From an uncultured Chloroflexia bacterium (lineage in GTDB: Bacteria; Chloroflexota; Limnocylindria; Limnocylindrales; CSP1-4), in contig CAVYBA010000003.1 in assembly GCA_963766675.1 (NCBI GenBank), positions 3,567 through 67,566 of the forward strand: a stretch of 64,000 bases of DNA. The letters run 5' to 3'. The position numbers and the translations under genes are program-made. This document shows positions 20,485 through 29,538 of this stretch, one piece after another. The first letter of the stretch is position 1, and each line of letters opens with the position of its first letter. The notes under the pieces are model-generated. The model did not search any database. It had not been told where the DNA came from and saw only the letters and a program-made list of their open reading frames with translations.

Positions 20485-21903
20485 ATGGAACGCAGGTGGC
20501 TGATCCTCACGAGCGTCTCGCTGGGTTCGCTGATGGCGACACTCGACGGCAGCATCGTCAACATCGCCCTGCCGGCGATCGAGGACGACTTCCGGGTGGA
20601 CCTGACCTCGATCGAGTGGGTCGTCGTGGCGTACCTGCTCGTGATCGGGGCGCTGCTACTGCCCTTCGGACGGCTCGGCGAGGTCCTGACCTTCAAGCGG
20701 GTCTACCTGGCCGGCTTCACGATCTTCGCGCTGGCGAGCGTGTGCTGCGGGGCCGCGCCGAACGTCGTGATCCTGGTCGCGTGCCGCGTCGTCCAGGCCA
20801 CGGGTGCGGCGATGATCATGGCCATGGGCCCGGCGATCGTGGCCCGGACCTTCCCGGCAACGGAGCGCGGCCGGGCGCTCGGCCTGAACGCGATCAGCGT
20901 CTCGATCGGGCTCAGCCTAGGACCCGCGCTGGGCGGGATCCTGACCGAGGCGGGGACCTGGCGGGCGATCTTCCTGATCAATGCGCCGATCGGGCTGATC
21001 GCCATCGCCTGGGCGGCCCGCGTGCTGCCGGCCGAGGGGTCGGGCAGGGACCAGTCGTTCGACGTGCGTGGTGCTGTCCTCTCGGCCGGCTGCGTCCTGG
21101 CCCTCCTGCTGGCGCTCAGCGAAGGCCAGCGCTGGGGCTGGACAAGCCTCGCCATCGTGGGTCTGCTGGCCGCGTCCGCGGCCCTTGGCTCGGCGTTCGT
21201 GGCGGTGGAGGGGCGATCCGGACAGCCGATGATCGACCTGGCCATGTTCCGGATCCGTCCGTTCTCCGCGGGTCTGGTGAGCGTCGTCGTGGCCTTCTGC
21301 GGCCTCTTCACGGCCACGTTCCTCCTGCCGTTCCTGCTGCAGCAGGGATCCGACTACTCGCCGGTCGAGGCCGGCCTGTTGTTGACGCCATTGCCCCTGG
21401 CGATGGCGCTCGCGGCACCGCTGAGCGGAGCCGCCTCGGACCGGTTCGGGCCGCGCGTCCTGTCGAGCGTCGGGCTGGCGGTCACCACGGTGGGCCTGCT
21501 CAGCCTGACCGAGCTGCAGCCCGACTTCACCCTGCCGGACCTCGTCTGGCGGCTGGTCCTGCTGGGGATCGGACAGGGCATGTTCATGAGCCCGAACAGC
21601 AGCGCCGTGCTGGGTGCCGTGCCCCGGCCGCGGATCGGTACGGCGTCGGGGGTCCTCGCCCAGATGCGGGTCAACGGCCAGGCACTTGGGATCGCACTCG
21701 GCGGGGCGGTCGTCGCGACGCGGCTGCCAGCCCACCTCGCCGGGGCAGGCAGCGACCCGAGCGCAAGCGTTCGGGGCATGGCGCTGGCAGGCGCCATCCA
21801 CGATGCGTTCGTCGTCGCGGCCGTGGTGACCGCCGCGGGGATCGTCAGCAGCCTGGTTCGCGGCCCGCGCAGATCGACAGTACCGGACGATACCCTGCGC
21901 TGA
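20485..21903 (+). CDS. MFS transporter, DHA2/EmrB-QacA family
   Basis: Start MERRWL (GTG 20482 also possible); LDGSIVNIALP, GRLGE, SPNSSAVLGAVP. Confidence 0.92.
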   Translation: MERRWLILTSVSLGSLMATLDGSIVNIALPAIEDDFRVDLTSIEWVVVAYLLVIGALLLPFGRLGEVLTFKRVYLAGFTIFALASVCCGAAPNVVILVACRVVQATGAAMIMAMGPAIVARTFPATERGRALGLNAISVSIGLSLGPALGGILTEAGTWRAIFLINAPIGLIAIAWAARVLPAEGSGRDQSFDVRGAVLSAGCVLALLLALSEGQRWGWTSLAIVGLLAASAALGSAFVAVEGRSGQPMIDLAMFRIRPFSAGLVSVVVAFCGLFTATFLLPFLLQQGSDYSPVEAGLLLTPLPLAMALAAPLSGAASDRFGPRVLSSVGLAVTTVGLLSLTELQPDFTLPDLVWRLVLLGIGQGMFMSPNSSAVLGAVPRPRIGTASGVLAQMRVNGQALGIALGGAVVATRLPAHLAGAGSDPSASVRGMALAGAIHDAFVVAAVVTAAGIVSSLVRGPRRSTVPDDTLR

Positions 21904-21921
21904 TCTGTCACGGCCCTCGCG

Positions 21922-22839
21922 TCAGACCGTGAATGCCGCCGCCAGGTAACCGACCGTCCGCTTGTCCGGCCCGCCGGCATCGGCCGACGTGGCGGCCACC
22001 ATCGCGCTGCCGCGGGTCGCCCCCATCGCCCGAAGCGCAGCCAGACCGAGGACGGCCGGCTGGATCCCGCACATGCCGCACAGCAGCCCACGCGTCCCGC
22101 CCTCCGTCAAGGCGCGCTCCCTGATCGCGAGTTCGAGCGGATCCACGCGCTCGATCGCCGGCGACAGCTCAGCCGTCGCACGCGCGCATTCGAGACTCGG
22201 CGGGTAGTGGGCCATATCGGAACTGATGGCGAGGACGATCGGCGCATTGGCCAGCCGCCGGGCCAGCAACTCGCCGAGACGCGTACCCGCCGCGATGGCT
22301 GGTTCTCCGGTCCCGGCGGCCACCGACAGGGGAACGATCGTCGGGCTCGACCGGCCCACCTGGAGGAATGGCAGCTGGACCTCGATCGAGTGCTCCCCGA
22401 CGTGCGCGGCACGGTCCACCTCGAACGGCGACCCGAGATCCACGATCGCGGCCGCGAGCTCGGCGTCGACCTCGAGGTCGCCGAGTGGCGTTCGCCACGC
22501 CCCGCTCTCCCATACCGCGACGTCATCCAGCCAGTCCGCGCGGTGGTTCGTGCCGAGGATGACGATGACCGGCGCTCGCGTGCCTGGCGCGGAGCAAGCG
22601 ACCAGGCGCCAGCCGGCGGCGGCCACGACCCCGGAATACATGAGCCCGGCGTGCGGGACCAGCAGCCCCACGACGGTTCCTTCGATCGGGGCCGCGGCCG
22701 GGGTCGTCCGATCGGCCTCGGCCACGAGTGTCTGGACCAACTCGGTAAGGATGCCCGGCTCGGCAGGGTAGAACGAGCCCGCGACGGACGGCCGACGAAT
22801 ACCGTCGCCAACTCGCCTGGACGCCAGCCAGCTCACCAT
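21922..22839 (-). CDS. amrB: AmmeMemoRadiSam system protein B (MEMO1 family)
   Basis: RRPSVAGSFYP, VPHAGLMYSG, GTNH, WRTPLG, EHSIEVQLPFLQ, SSDMAHY, MCG. Confidence 0.92.
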   Translation of the reverse strand: MVSWLASRRVGDGIRRPSVAGSFYPAEPGILTELVQTLVAEADRTTPAAAPIEGTVVGLLVPHAGLMYSGVVAAAGWRLVACSAPGTRAPVIVILGTNHRADWLDDVAVWESGAWRTPLGDLEVDAELAAAIVDLGSPFEVDRAAHVGEHSIEVQLPFLQVGRSSPTIVPLSVAAGTGEPAIAAGTRLGELLARRLANAPIVLAISSDMAHYPPSLECARATAELSPAIERVDPLELAIRERALTEGGTRGLLCGMCGIQPAVLGLAALRAMGATRGSAMVAATSADAGGPDKRTVGYLAAAFTV

Positions 22840-22849
22840 CAGCCCGGCC

Positions 22850-23935
22850 TCAGCCGCATGGCGTCGGGCGCCGCACCGAGCCCGACCCACGCCCGAGGGC
22901 GAGCCCGGCCAGGGCCCTGCCGCAGTCGGGGCAGGATCCCGCGGGTGTGAGGTGCGTCCGCACGCGGTACCCGTGGCGCTCGATGAGGAGCCGTCCGCAC
23001 CCCGCGCAAGCCGTGTCCTCCAGGCCGAGCTCCGGTGCGTTTCCGACGTAGACGTGGACCAGGCCGGCCTCACGGCCCAGGTCGGCGGCCCGGCGCAGCG
23101 TCGCCCGTGGCGTGGGCGGCACGTCGAGCATCCGGTGCATCGGGAAGAAGCGGCTGACGTGCCACGGCGTCTCCGGCCCGAGTGCCTCCACGATCCATCC
23201 GGTGAGCGCCCGGAGCTGCCCGTCATCGTCGTTCTGCCCGGGGATCACCAGCGTCGTCAGCTCGACCCAGATCCCGGCGCGGCGCATCCCGACGATCGTC
23301 TCCAGCACGGGCGCGAGGCGCGCGCCGCAGACCGTACGGTAGAACCTGTCGTCGAAGGCTTTCAGGTCGACGTTTGCGGCGTCGAGGACGGGCGCCAGCA
23401 GGCCCACGGCCTCGGGCGTCGCGTAGCCGTCGGTGATGAACAGGTTGCGCAGCCCTGCCTGGCGAGCGAGCCGGGCGGCGTCCAGCGCGTATTCGAGGAA
23501 AACCGTGGGCTCGACATAGGTGTACGCGATCGATTCGGCGCCGAGCATGGTCGCCTCGGCGACCACTCGCTCGGGCGGTAGCGGCCGCGCGGTGAGCTGG
23601 AGCCCGAGGCGCGGGCCCATCGCGATCTCCCAGTTCTGGCAGAACCGGCAATGGAACGGGCAACCGGCGGTCGCGATCGAGTACGCAGTCGAGCCCGGCG
23701 CGACATGGAAGAGCGGCTTCTTCTCGATCGGGTCGAAACAGCTGGCGACGACGGCGCCGTAGGCGAAGCTGACGAGCTGCCCGTCGCGGTTCTCGCGGAC
23801 GCCGCAGATCCCGACCCGACCCGGGCGGACCAGGCAGCGGTGGGCGCACACGCCGCACCGGACGCTCCCGTCGGCTTCCGGCGTGGCGAGAACGGTCGGC
23901 ACGGTCGTGGGTCCGTCGGGGATTCCAGTAGGCAT
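22850..23935 (-). CDS. amrS: AmmeMemoRadiSam system radical SAM enzyme
   Basis: CGVCAHRC, DPIEKKPLFH, CxxxCxxC (GCPFHCRFCQN), YTYVEP, SRFFP, HVYVGN. Confidence 0.93.
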   Translation of the reverse strand: MPTGIPDGPTTVPTVLATPEADGSVRCGVCAHRCLVRPGRVGICGVRENRDGQLVSFAYGAVVASCFDPIEKKPLFHVAPGSTAYSIATAGCPFHCRFCQNWEIAMGPRLGLQLTARPLPPERVVAEATMLGAESIAYTYVEPTVFLEYALDAARLARQAGLRNLFITDGYATPEAVGLLAPVLDAANVDLKAFDDRFYRTVCGARLAPVLETIVGMRRAGIWVELTTLVIPGQNDDDGQLRALTGWIVEALGPETPWHVSRFFPMHRMLDVPPTPRATLRRAADLGREAGLVHVYVGNAPELGLEDTACAGCGRLLIERHGYRVRTHLTPAGSCPDCGRALAGLALGRGSGSVRRPTPCG

Positions 23936-23980
23936 CGGTCGCTCGAGGCAGAGTCTCGTCCGGGGTCGCAAGGCCGGACA

Positions 23981-23994
23981 GTGCCGGGCGGCCC
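23981..23994. promoter_or_regulatory. Candidate operator GTGCCG-NN-CGGCCC between amrS and amrA
   Basis: One mismatch to GTGCCG-NN-CGGCAC, which recurs in other intergenic regions of this block. Confidence 0.3.
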
Positions 23995-24090
23995 CTCAAT
24001 TCAGGTGATCTCGCCCTGTTCGACTCGGATCCGGACTTCCAGCATTTCGATGGGTCGGTGTGACGTCACGCCCCAAGGGAGACGGATCCC

Positions 24091-24717
24091 ATGCGACACC
24101 TCCCAACGATCGCCGGCGAGCGCGCGCTCTCAGGTGCGGCGTCGGCGCCCACCGTCGATTCGGAGGCCCGTGGAGCCCTGCTCGACCTCGCGCGGATCGC
24201 GCTCGTGGTCGCGACCGGCGGCGCCGAGCCGGCGGACCTTCAGCCGGCGCTGGACCTGATCCCCGGTGAGCTCGAGCCTGCCGTGGTGTTCGTCACCCTG
24301 ACCGAGGACGGCGCGCTGCGCGGCTGCATGGGCACGTTCGAGCCGGTGCGCAAGCTCGGCGAGGCCGTCGTGACCTCGACGATCACGGCCGCACTCGACG
24401 ATCCGCGCTTCCTGCCGGTCGCGGCCAGCGAGCTGCCCGCGATCCATGTCGAGATCTCGATCCTCGGCTCACGGGTCCCAGTCGCCGACCCCCAAGCGTT
24501 CCGGCCGGGTCTCGATGGCGTGCTCGTCGAACGTAATGGGCGACGGGGCCTGCTGCTGCCCGAAGTCGCGCTGACGTTCGCCTGGGGAGGGCCGCAGATG
24601 TTCGACGCCGTCTGCGAGAAGGCCGGCCTGCGTCGAGACGCCTGGCGCCACCCGGACTCGCAGCTGTGGACCTTCAGGACGGTGCGATTCGGCGGGTCGG
24701 CCGTCGGCCCAGGCTAG
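24091..24717 (+). CDS. amrA: AmmeMemoRadiSam system protein A (AMMECR1 family)
   Basis: VFVTL...LRGCMG, AALDDPRF, EISIL, DGV, LLLPEVA, VCEKAG. Confidence 0.92.
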   Translation: MRHLPTIAGERALSGAASAPTVDSEARGALLDLARIALVVATGGAEPADLQPALDLIPGELEPAVVFVTLTEDGALRGCMGTFEPVRKLGEAVVTSTITAALDDPRFLPVAASELPAIHVEISILGSRVPVADPQAFRPGLDGVLVERNGRRGLLLPEVALTFAWGGPQMFDAVCEKAGLRRDAWRHPDSQLWTFRTVRFGGSAVGPG

Positions 24718-24847
24718 GCATCGAGGCTCCAGCCCTCGCCGGGGCCTACTGGCCGAGGGTTCCCCTGGCAATACCGCTGCCCGCTCCACCTGTCTTGAGC
24801 CGTTCGCGCGTCTGAGCCCAACGCGTGAACCCGTCCGTCCACGCCGA

Positions 24848-25609
24848 TCAGAACGGCGGTTGCTCGGTCGCCAGGAATGCGTTCCGGATGGTCGTGTAGC
24901 AGCCGCAGGTCATCGCCTCGAGGGCCGCGGGGTTGATGATGTGAAGGCTGCCGCGGCGGTGGACCAGGAACCCGGCCTGCTCCATTGCCTGGAGCGCGAG
25001 CGACACCTTTGGCCGGGTTCCGCCGAGCAGGCCGGCCAGCTGCTCGTGGGTGCACGGGAACTCGTCGCGCTCGATCCGGTCGCGACTCGTCAGGAGGCAC
25101 CTCGCCATCCGGGCCTCGAGCGGGTGCAGGCGATGGCAGGCGGACGTGGTCACGCAGTCCACGAAGCGGGCGCCCATGTACCGGAAGATCGCCGACCGGA
25201 ACGGCGGGCTGCTGTCGAGCAGTCCACGAAGGTCGTCCGTGGCCACCTGCGCGACGGCGCCGTCGATCAGGCAGGTGATCTCGGTTGGCGCCGGCACGGA
25301 GCCCAGCGCCGGCGCCAGCTCGATCGCGCCCTCCCGGCCTACCGTCGCGATCGACGTAAAGCTGCCCATCGGATCCGTGACCACCAGCGAGAACAGTCCC
25401 CCGAGCGGGAAGGTGACGCTGTCCATCGGCTCGCCCGGCAGGTACACGATCTGCCCACGGGTCGCGGCGTGCGTCGGGACCCGCGGGGCGACCTCGTCAA
25501 GGATCCCGCGCGGCAGGGCGGCGAGCAGCTTGTTCGCCCGGAGCGCCCCGGACTCCACGATCGTCGTCTCACGCCCTCCGCTGGTCCTGCCCGGCCGGCA
25601 GCTTGGCAT
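24848..25609 (-). CDS. Crp/Fnr family transcriptional regulator
   Basis: N.LLAALP, VGREG, H.LEARMARCLL, THEQLA.LLG.TRPKVS HTH. Confidence 0.9.
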   Translation of the reverse strand: MPSCRPGRTSGGRETTIVESGALRANKLLAALPRGILDEVAPRVPTHAATRGQIVYLPGEPMDSVTFPLGGLFSLVVTDPMGSFTSIATVGREGAIELAPALGSVPAPTEITCLIDGAVAQVATDDLRGLLDSSPPFRSAIFRYMGARFVDCVTTSACHRLHPLEARMARCLLTSRDRIERDEFPCTHEQLAGLLGGTRPKVSLALQAMEQAGFLVHRRGSLHIINPAALEAMTCGCYTTIRNAFLATEQPPF

Positions 25610-25620
25610 CGTCGGCGTTT

Positions 25621-25634
25621 GTTCCGCCCGGCAC
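25621..25634. promoter_or_regulatory. Candidate operator GTTCCG-CC-CGGCAC between crp and the dsrE-hdr operon
   Basis: One mismatch to GTGCCG-NN-CGGCAC; in the divergent promoter region. Confidence 0.4.
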
Positions 25635-25722
25635 GGACGGCCGTACCTACGGTGAGAGTAGGAGCTGATGGCCCGACCCGCACGGTGGATCGGGCACGGT
25701 TGCGCACACAGGAGGCCCGTTG

Positions 25723-26091
25723 ATGGCCGAGAGCAAGAAGTTCGTGATCATGGCGACGCACGGGCCCGACGACCCGGAGATGGCGACGCTGCCGTTCGTG
25801 ATGGCTGGTGCGGCCGCTGCCGCCGACGTGCAGGTGGTCATGGGGTTCCAGGGCGAAGGCGTGCGGCTGATGCAGTGCGGCGTCGCGGAAACCGTCACGT
25901 CGCCGGGGTTCAAGCCGATGGTCGAGCTCATCGCGACCATCCGCGAATTCGGCGGCACGTTCCTGGTCGGTGCCCCGTGCATCAAGAGCCGGGACATCAG
26001 CGAGGTCGACCTCGTCGAGGGCGCGCACGTCGTGACCGCCGGACGGTTCGTTGCCGAGATCGCGTCGGCGACGAACACCCTGTTCTACTAG
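25723..26091 (+). CDS. DsrE family sulfur relay protein, copy 2
   Basis: HGPDDPE.ATLPF, FQGEGV, LVGAPC; AGGAGG RBS; paralog of 2761-3126. Confidence 0.85.
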   Translation: MAESKKFVIMATHGPDDPEMATLPFVMAGAAAAADVQVVMGFQGEGVRLMQCGVAETVTSPGFKPMVELIATIREFGGTFLVGAPCIKSRDISEVDLVEGAHVVTAGRFVAEIASATNTLFY

Positions 26092-26102
26092 GAGATGCGG
26101 CA

Positions 26103-26369
26103 GTGACAACGGCGATGACCGAAACGGAGCTCGCGGCGATCGGCAAGACGACCGTCGTGGACGCTCGCGGGGTGGCCTGCCCGGGGCCGATGATCGAGGC
26201 CAAGAAGGCCATGGGCGGCATCCCGGTGGGCGAGGTCATGGAGCTCTGGTCCGGTGACTCCCAGACCAAGGAGGACATGGGCTACTGGACCGAGATGGCC
26301 GGCCACACGTTCGTGGGCGTCATCCCCGCCCGTGGCTACGAGCGGCTGTTCATCCGGCGCGGCAAGTAG
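26103..26369 (+). CDS. tusA: TusA/SirA family sulfurtransferase, copy 2
   Basis: VDARGVACPGP; GGAG RBS before GTG 26103 (ATG 26115 also possible). Confidence 0.9.
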   Translation: MTTAMTETELAAIGKTTVVDARGVACPGPMIEAKKAMGGIPVGEVMELWSGDSQTKEDMGYWTEMAGHTFVGVIPARGYERLFIRRGK

Positions 26370-26389
26370 CGGATCGGGCGAGGACCTCG

Positions 26390-26794
26390 ATGCCGACGGC
26401 ATCCGAGCCAAGGGTGCTGGTGTTCTCGACGAATTCGATCTCCGATCCCGGGATCGACCTCGCGGGCAGCCTGCACATGCACTACTCGCCCGAGGTCCTC
26501 GTGACCAGCCTTCCCTGCACGAGCGCGATCAGGCCGGACTGGATCCTGTTCGCGCTCCAGCAGGGGTTCGACGGCGTCTTCATCGCCTCCGACGGGGACG
26601 AGTGCGCCTACCTTCCGGACTGCTCGCGACGATCGGCCCAGCTGATGCTGCACGCGCAGGATTTGCTCGCGGAACACGGGATCGACGATCGCCGACTGAA
26701 GATGGCGGCCATCTGCTCGGTCTGCGCGGAGTCGTTCACGAGGCAGATCCGGGAATTCACGGAGACCCTCGTGTCCCTGCGGGCGGCCGCGTGA
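26390..26794 (+). CDS. mvhD: MvhD/FlpD-like iron-sulfur subunit, copy 2
   Basis: LPCTSAIRP, GFDGVFIASDGDECAYLPDC, MAAICSVCAE. Confidence 0.8.
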   Translation: MPTASEPRVLVFSTNSISDPGIDLAGSLHMHYSPEVLVTSLPCTSAIRPDWILFALQQGFDGVFIASDGDECAYLPDCSRRSAQLMLHAQDLLAEHGIDDRRLKMAAICSVCAESFTRQIREFTETLVSLRAAA

Positions 26795-29538
26795 AGGACT
26801 ACGACGCCCTCGTGATCGGCAGCGGCATCGGCGGCATGGAATTGGCGATCAAGCTCGGCGACATGGGCTATCGGGTCCTCGTCGTGGAGAAGGAGCCGAG
26901 CATCGGCGGGCGAATGGTCCTGCTGAGCAAGGTCTTCCCGACGCTCGACTGCGCAAGCTGCATCGCCACGCCCAAGATGGCGGCCACGGCCCACCACCCG
27001 AACGTGACCGTCATGACCGACTCGGAGGTGACCGGCATCACGCGCGACGGCGGTGGCGGCTTCCACCTTCACGTCCATCGCCGGCCGCGCTTCGTCGACC
27101 TCGCCGCCTGCACCGGCTGCCGGAAATGCGAGCAGGCGTGCACGGTCGCCGTCCCCGATGAGTGGAACGGCGGAATGGTGTCCCGGCGCGCGGCCTACAT
27201 CGCCTATCCGCAGGCGATCCCCCAGAAAGCCCTGATCGAGCACCCGGGCGCGTCTCCGTGCACCGACGCCTGCCCGGCCGGGATCAAGGCCCACGGCTAC
27301 GTCTCGCTCGTCCGGAGCGGTCGCTACGAGGAGGCGTTTCGGCTCGTGCTCGACGCAACGCCGCTGGTCGAGACCCTCGGCCGCGCGTGCTACGCGCCGT
27401 GCGAGACCGCCTGCACCCGGGGCGAGCTCGAGGAGCCTGTCGCGATCCGCCGCCTCAAGCGCTTCGTCGCCGAGCGCCACGTCGCCGACGGCGACGGGAT
27501 GCAGATCGAATGTGCGTCCCCGAACGGCAGGCGGGTCGCGATCGTGGGCTCCGGCCCGGCAGGATTGACCGCCGCCTGGCATCTCCAGCGCGCCGGCTAT
27601 GCCGTTCGAATCCACGAGGCGGCCGACCAGCCCGGCGGCTTCCTCCGCCAGGCGATCCCGGGCTACCGACTGCCTGCCGAAGTGGTCGAACGGGATGTCG
27701 CGCGGGTCCGCGCGATCGGCGTCGAGATCATGACCGGTGCCTCTGTGACTGATCTGGAAACCCTCCGGGCCGATGGATTCGACGCCGTCCTGGTGGCGAG
27801 CGGCACACCCGAATCGCGGCCACTTGGCGTCCCAGGCGAGACGCTCCGGGGCGTCCGCTCCGGGGTGGATCTCCTGCGCGAGGTTCGGACGGGAACGTCA
27901 CCGGATCTGACCGGGCGGCGGGTCGTGGTGGTCGGCGCCGGGAACGTGGCCATGGACGCCGCACGCACGGCCCTGCGGCTGGGCGCGCTCGAGGTGACGG
28001 TCGCCTACCGACGTGGCCGGGACGAGATGCCGGCGCATCGCGCGGAGGTGGAGGACGCGCTCGCCGAGGGCGTCCGGTTCGAGTTCCACGTCGCGCCGCT
28101 CGAGGTCGTCGGGGACGGGCAGGGATGGGTGACGGGCCTGCTCTGCGAACGGACGGTGCCGGGTGCGCCCGACGCGTCGGGACGCCGCCGGCCCGAACCG
28201 GTGCCGGACAGCGGGTTCGATCTGGGTTGCGACGTCGTCGTCGTCGCGGTCGGCCTGGCGCCGGCGCTCGGCGCGCTTGCCGGTCCGCTTGGCGCGGCAC
28301 CCGACGGGCGCGCGGTGGTCGCCTCGCAGACCCTCCAGAGCCCCGTTCCGTGGCTGTTCGCCGCAGGCGACGTCGTCACCGGCCCGAGCGACATCGCGCA
28401 CGCGGTCGGTAACGGACGGCGCGCGGCGTCCGCCATTGATCACTGGCTACGCGGCGAGGAGCTAGACCCAACGGCCCGCCGTGACGACAGCGCCCGCGTG
28501 GTGGACCGGACCGACGTCATCGCCCGGCAGCGCTCATACGCCAACCGTCCGTCACGCCTCGCCCCGCCGGTGCTTTCCCCTGCCCCACGCGCGTTCTCGG
28601 AGGTCGAGCCGCCGATCACCGAGGCGCAGGCACGAGAGGCTGCGGGACGCTGCCTCGACTGCGGCGTGTGCTCCGAGTGCGGCGAGTGCGTCGCGGTCTG
28701 CCCCGCCGACGCGATCGATCTCGACCAGCGCGGCGAGGACCTGTCGCTCCACGTCGGCGGTGTCGTTGTCGCGACCGGTTACCGGCTGTTCGCGGCGGAC
28801 CTCAAGCCGCAGTACGGCTATGGCCGCTACCCGAACGTCATCACCGGCATGCAGATGGAGCGCCTCCTGTCGCCGACACGTCCGTACACCAGCCTGCTGC
28901 GCCCGAGCGACGGCACCATGCCGAAGCGGATCGCCTATGTCATGTGCACCGGCTCCCGCGACGAGAGCGTCGGCAACCCGCTGTGCTCGAAGTTCTGTTG
29001 CATGTACTCGCTCAAGCAGAACCAGCTGATCATGGGCGTGCTCCGGTTCGCCGAGGTGACCGTCCACTACATCGACATCCGGGCCGTCGGCAAGGGCTAC
29101 GACGAGTTCTACGAGCAGGCCAAGGTCATGGGCGCCCGCTTCGTGAAGGGCCGGGTGGCGAGCGTCCGCGAGACCTCGGGCGGCGGTCTCGTCCTGCGCT
29201 ACGAGGACATCGACAACGGCGGCCACGTCGCGGAGGCCGAGTACGACCTCGTCGTGCTCGCGGTCGGCGTGCAGCCGAACCCCGACGTGACGCGCCTGTT
29301 CGAGGGCGGTGCGATCGCGCTCGACGACTGGGCCTACGTCGACGAGGTCGACGAGGACTTCAGCCCGGCCGCGACCAGCATCCCGGGCGTCTTCGTCGCC
29401 GGCGCCGTCTCGGGACCCCGTGACATCCCGGAGTCGATCCTCCATGCCGGGGCGGCCGCGGTCCAGGTCGCGGCCCATCTCGAGTCGTCGGCTCGTGAGC
29501 ATCGCGAGGCCGCAGCAGAGGCCGAGGTGCCCGCATGA
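26791..29538 (+). CDS. hdrA: HdrA-like flavoprotein with inserted GltD/NfnB-type NAD(P)H module (HdrL type), copy 2
   Basis: GTG 26791 overlaps the mvhD stop; VIGSGIGG, FPTLDCASC, ferredoxin, Fer4_20-like CPAG..GRAC..PCE.AC, two further Rossmann motifs, YRRG, then HdrA C-half (YGRYPNVITGMQMER, CTGSRD, CSKFCC, IDIRA.GKGYDEFY). Confidence 0.93.
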   Translation: MKDYDALVIGSGIGGMELAIKLGDMGYRVLVVEKEPSIGGRMVLLSKVFPTLDCASCIATPKMAATAHHPNVTVMTDSEVTGITRDGGGGFHLHVHRRPRFVDLAACTGCRKCEQACTVAVPDEWNGGMVSRRAAYIAYPQAIPQKALIEHPGASPCTDACPAGIKAHGYVSLVRSGRYEEAFRLVLDATPLVETLGRACYAPCETACTRGELEEPVAIRRLKRFVAERHVADGDGMQIECASPNGRRVAIVGSGPAGLTAAWHLQRAGYAVRIHEAADQPGGFLRQAIPGYRLPAEVVERDVARVRAIGVEIMTGASVTDLETLRADGFDAVLVASGTPESRPLGVPGETLRGVRSGVDLLREVRTGTSPDLTGRRVVVVGAGNVAMDAARTALRLGALEVTVAYRRGRDEMPAHRAEVEDALAEGVRFEFHVAPLEVVGDGQGWVTGLLCERTVPGAPDASGRRRPEPVPDSGFDLGCDVVVVAVGLAPALGALAGPLGAAPDGRAVVASQTLQSPVPWLFAAGDVVTGPSDIAHAVGNGRRAASAIDHWLRGEELDPTARRDDSARVVDRTDVIARQRSYANRPSRLAPPVLSPAPRAFSEVEPPITEAQAREAAGRCLDCGVCSECGECVAVCPADAIDLDQRGEDLSLHVGGVVVATGYRLFAADLKPQYGYGRYPNVITGMQMERLLSPTRPYTSLLRPSDGTMPKRIAYVMCTGSRDESVGNPLCSKFCCMYSLKQNQLIMGVLRFAEVTVHYIDIRAVGKGYDEFYEQAKVMGARFVKGRVASVRETSGGGLVLRYEDIDNGGHVAEAEYDLVVLAVGVQPNPDVTRLFEGGAIALDDWAYVDEVDEDFSPAATSIPGVFVAGAVSGPRDIPESILHAGAAAVQVAAHLESSAREHREAAAEAEVPA

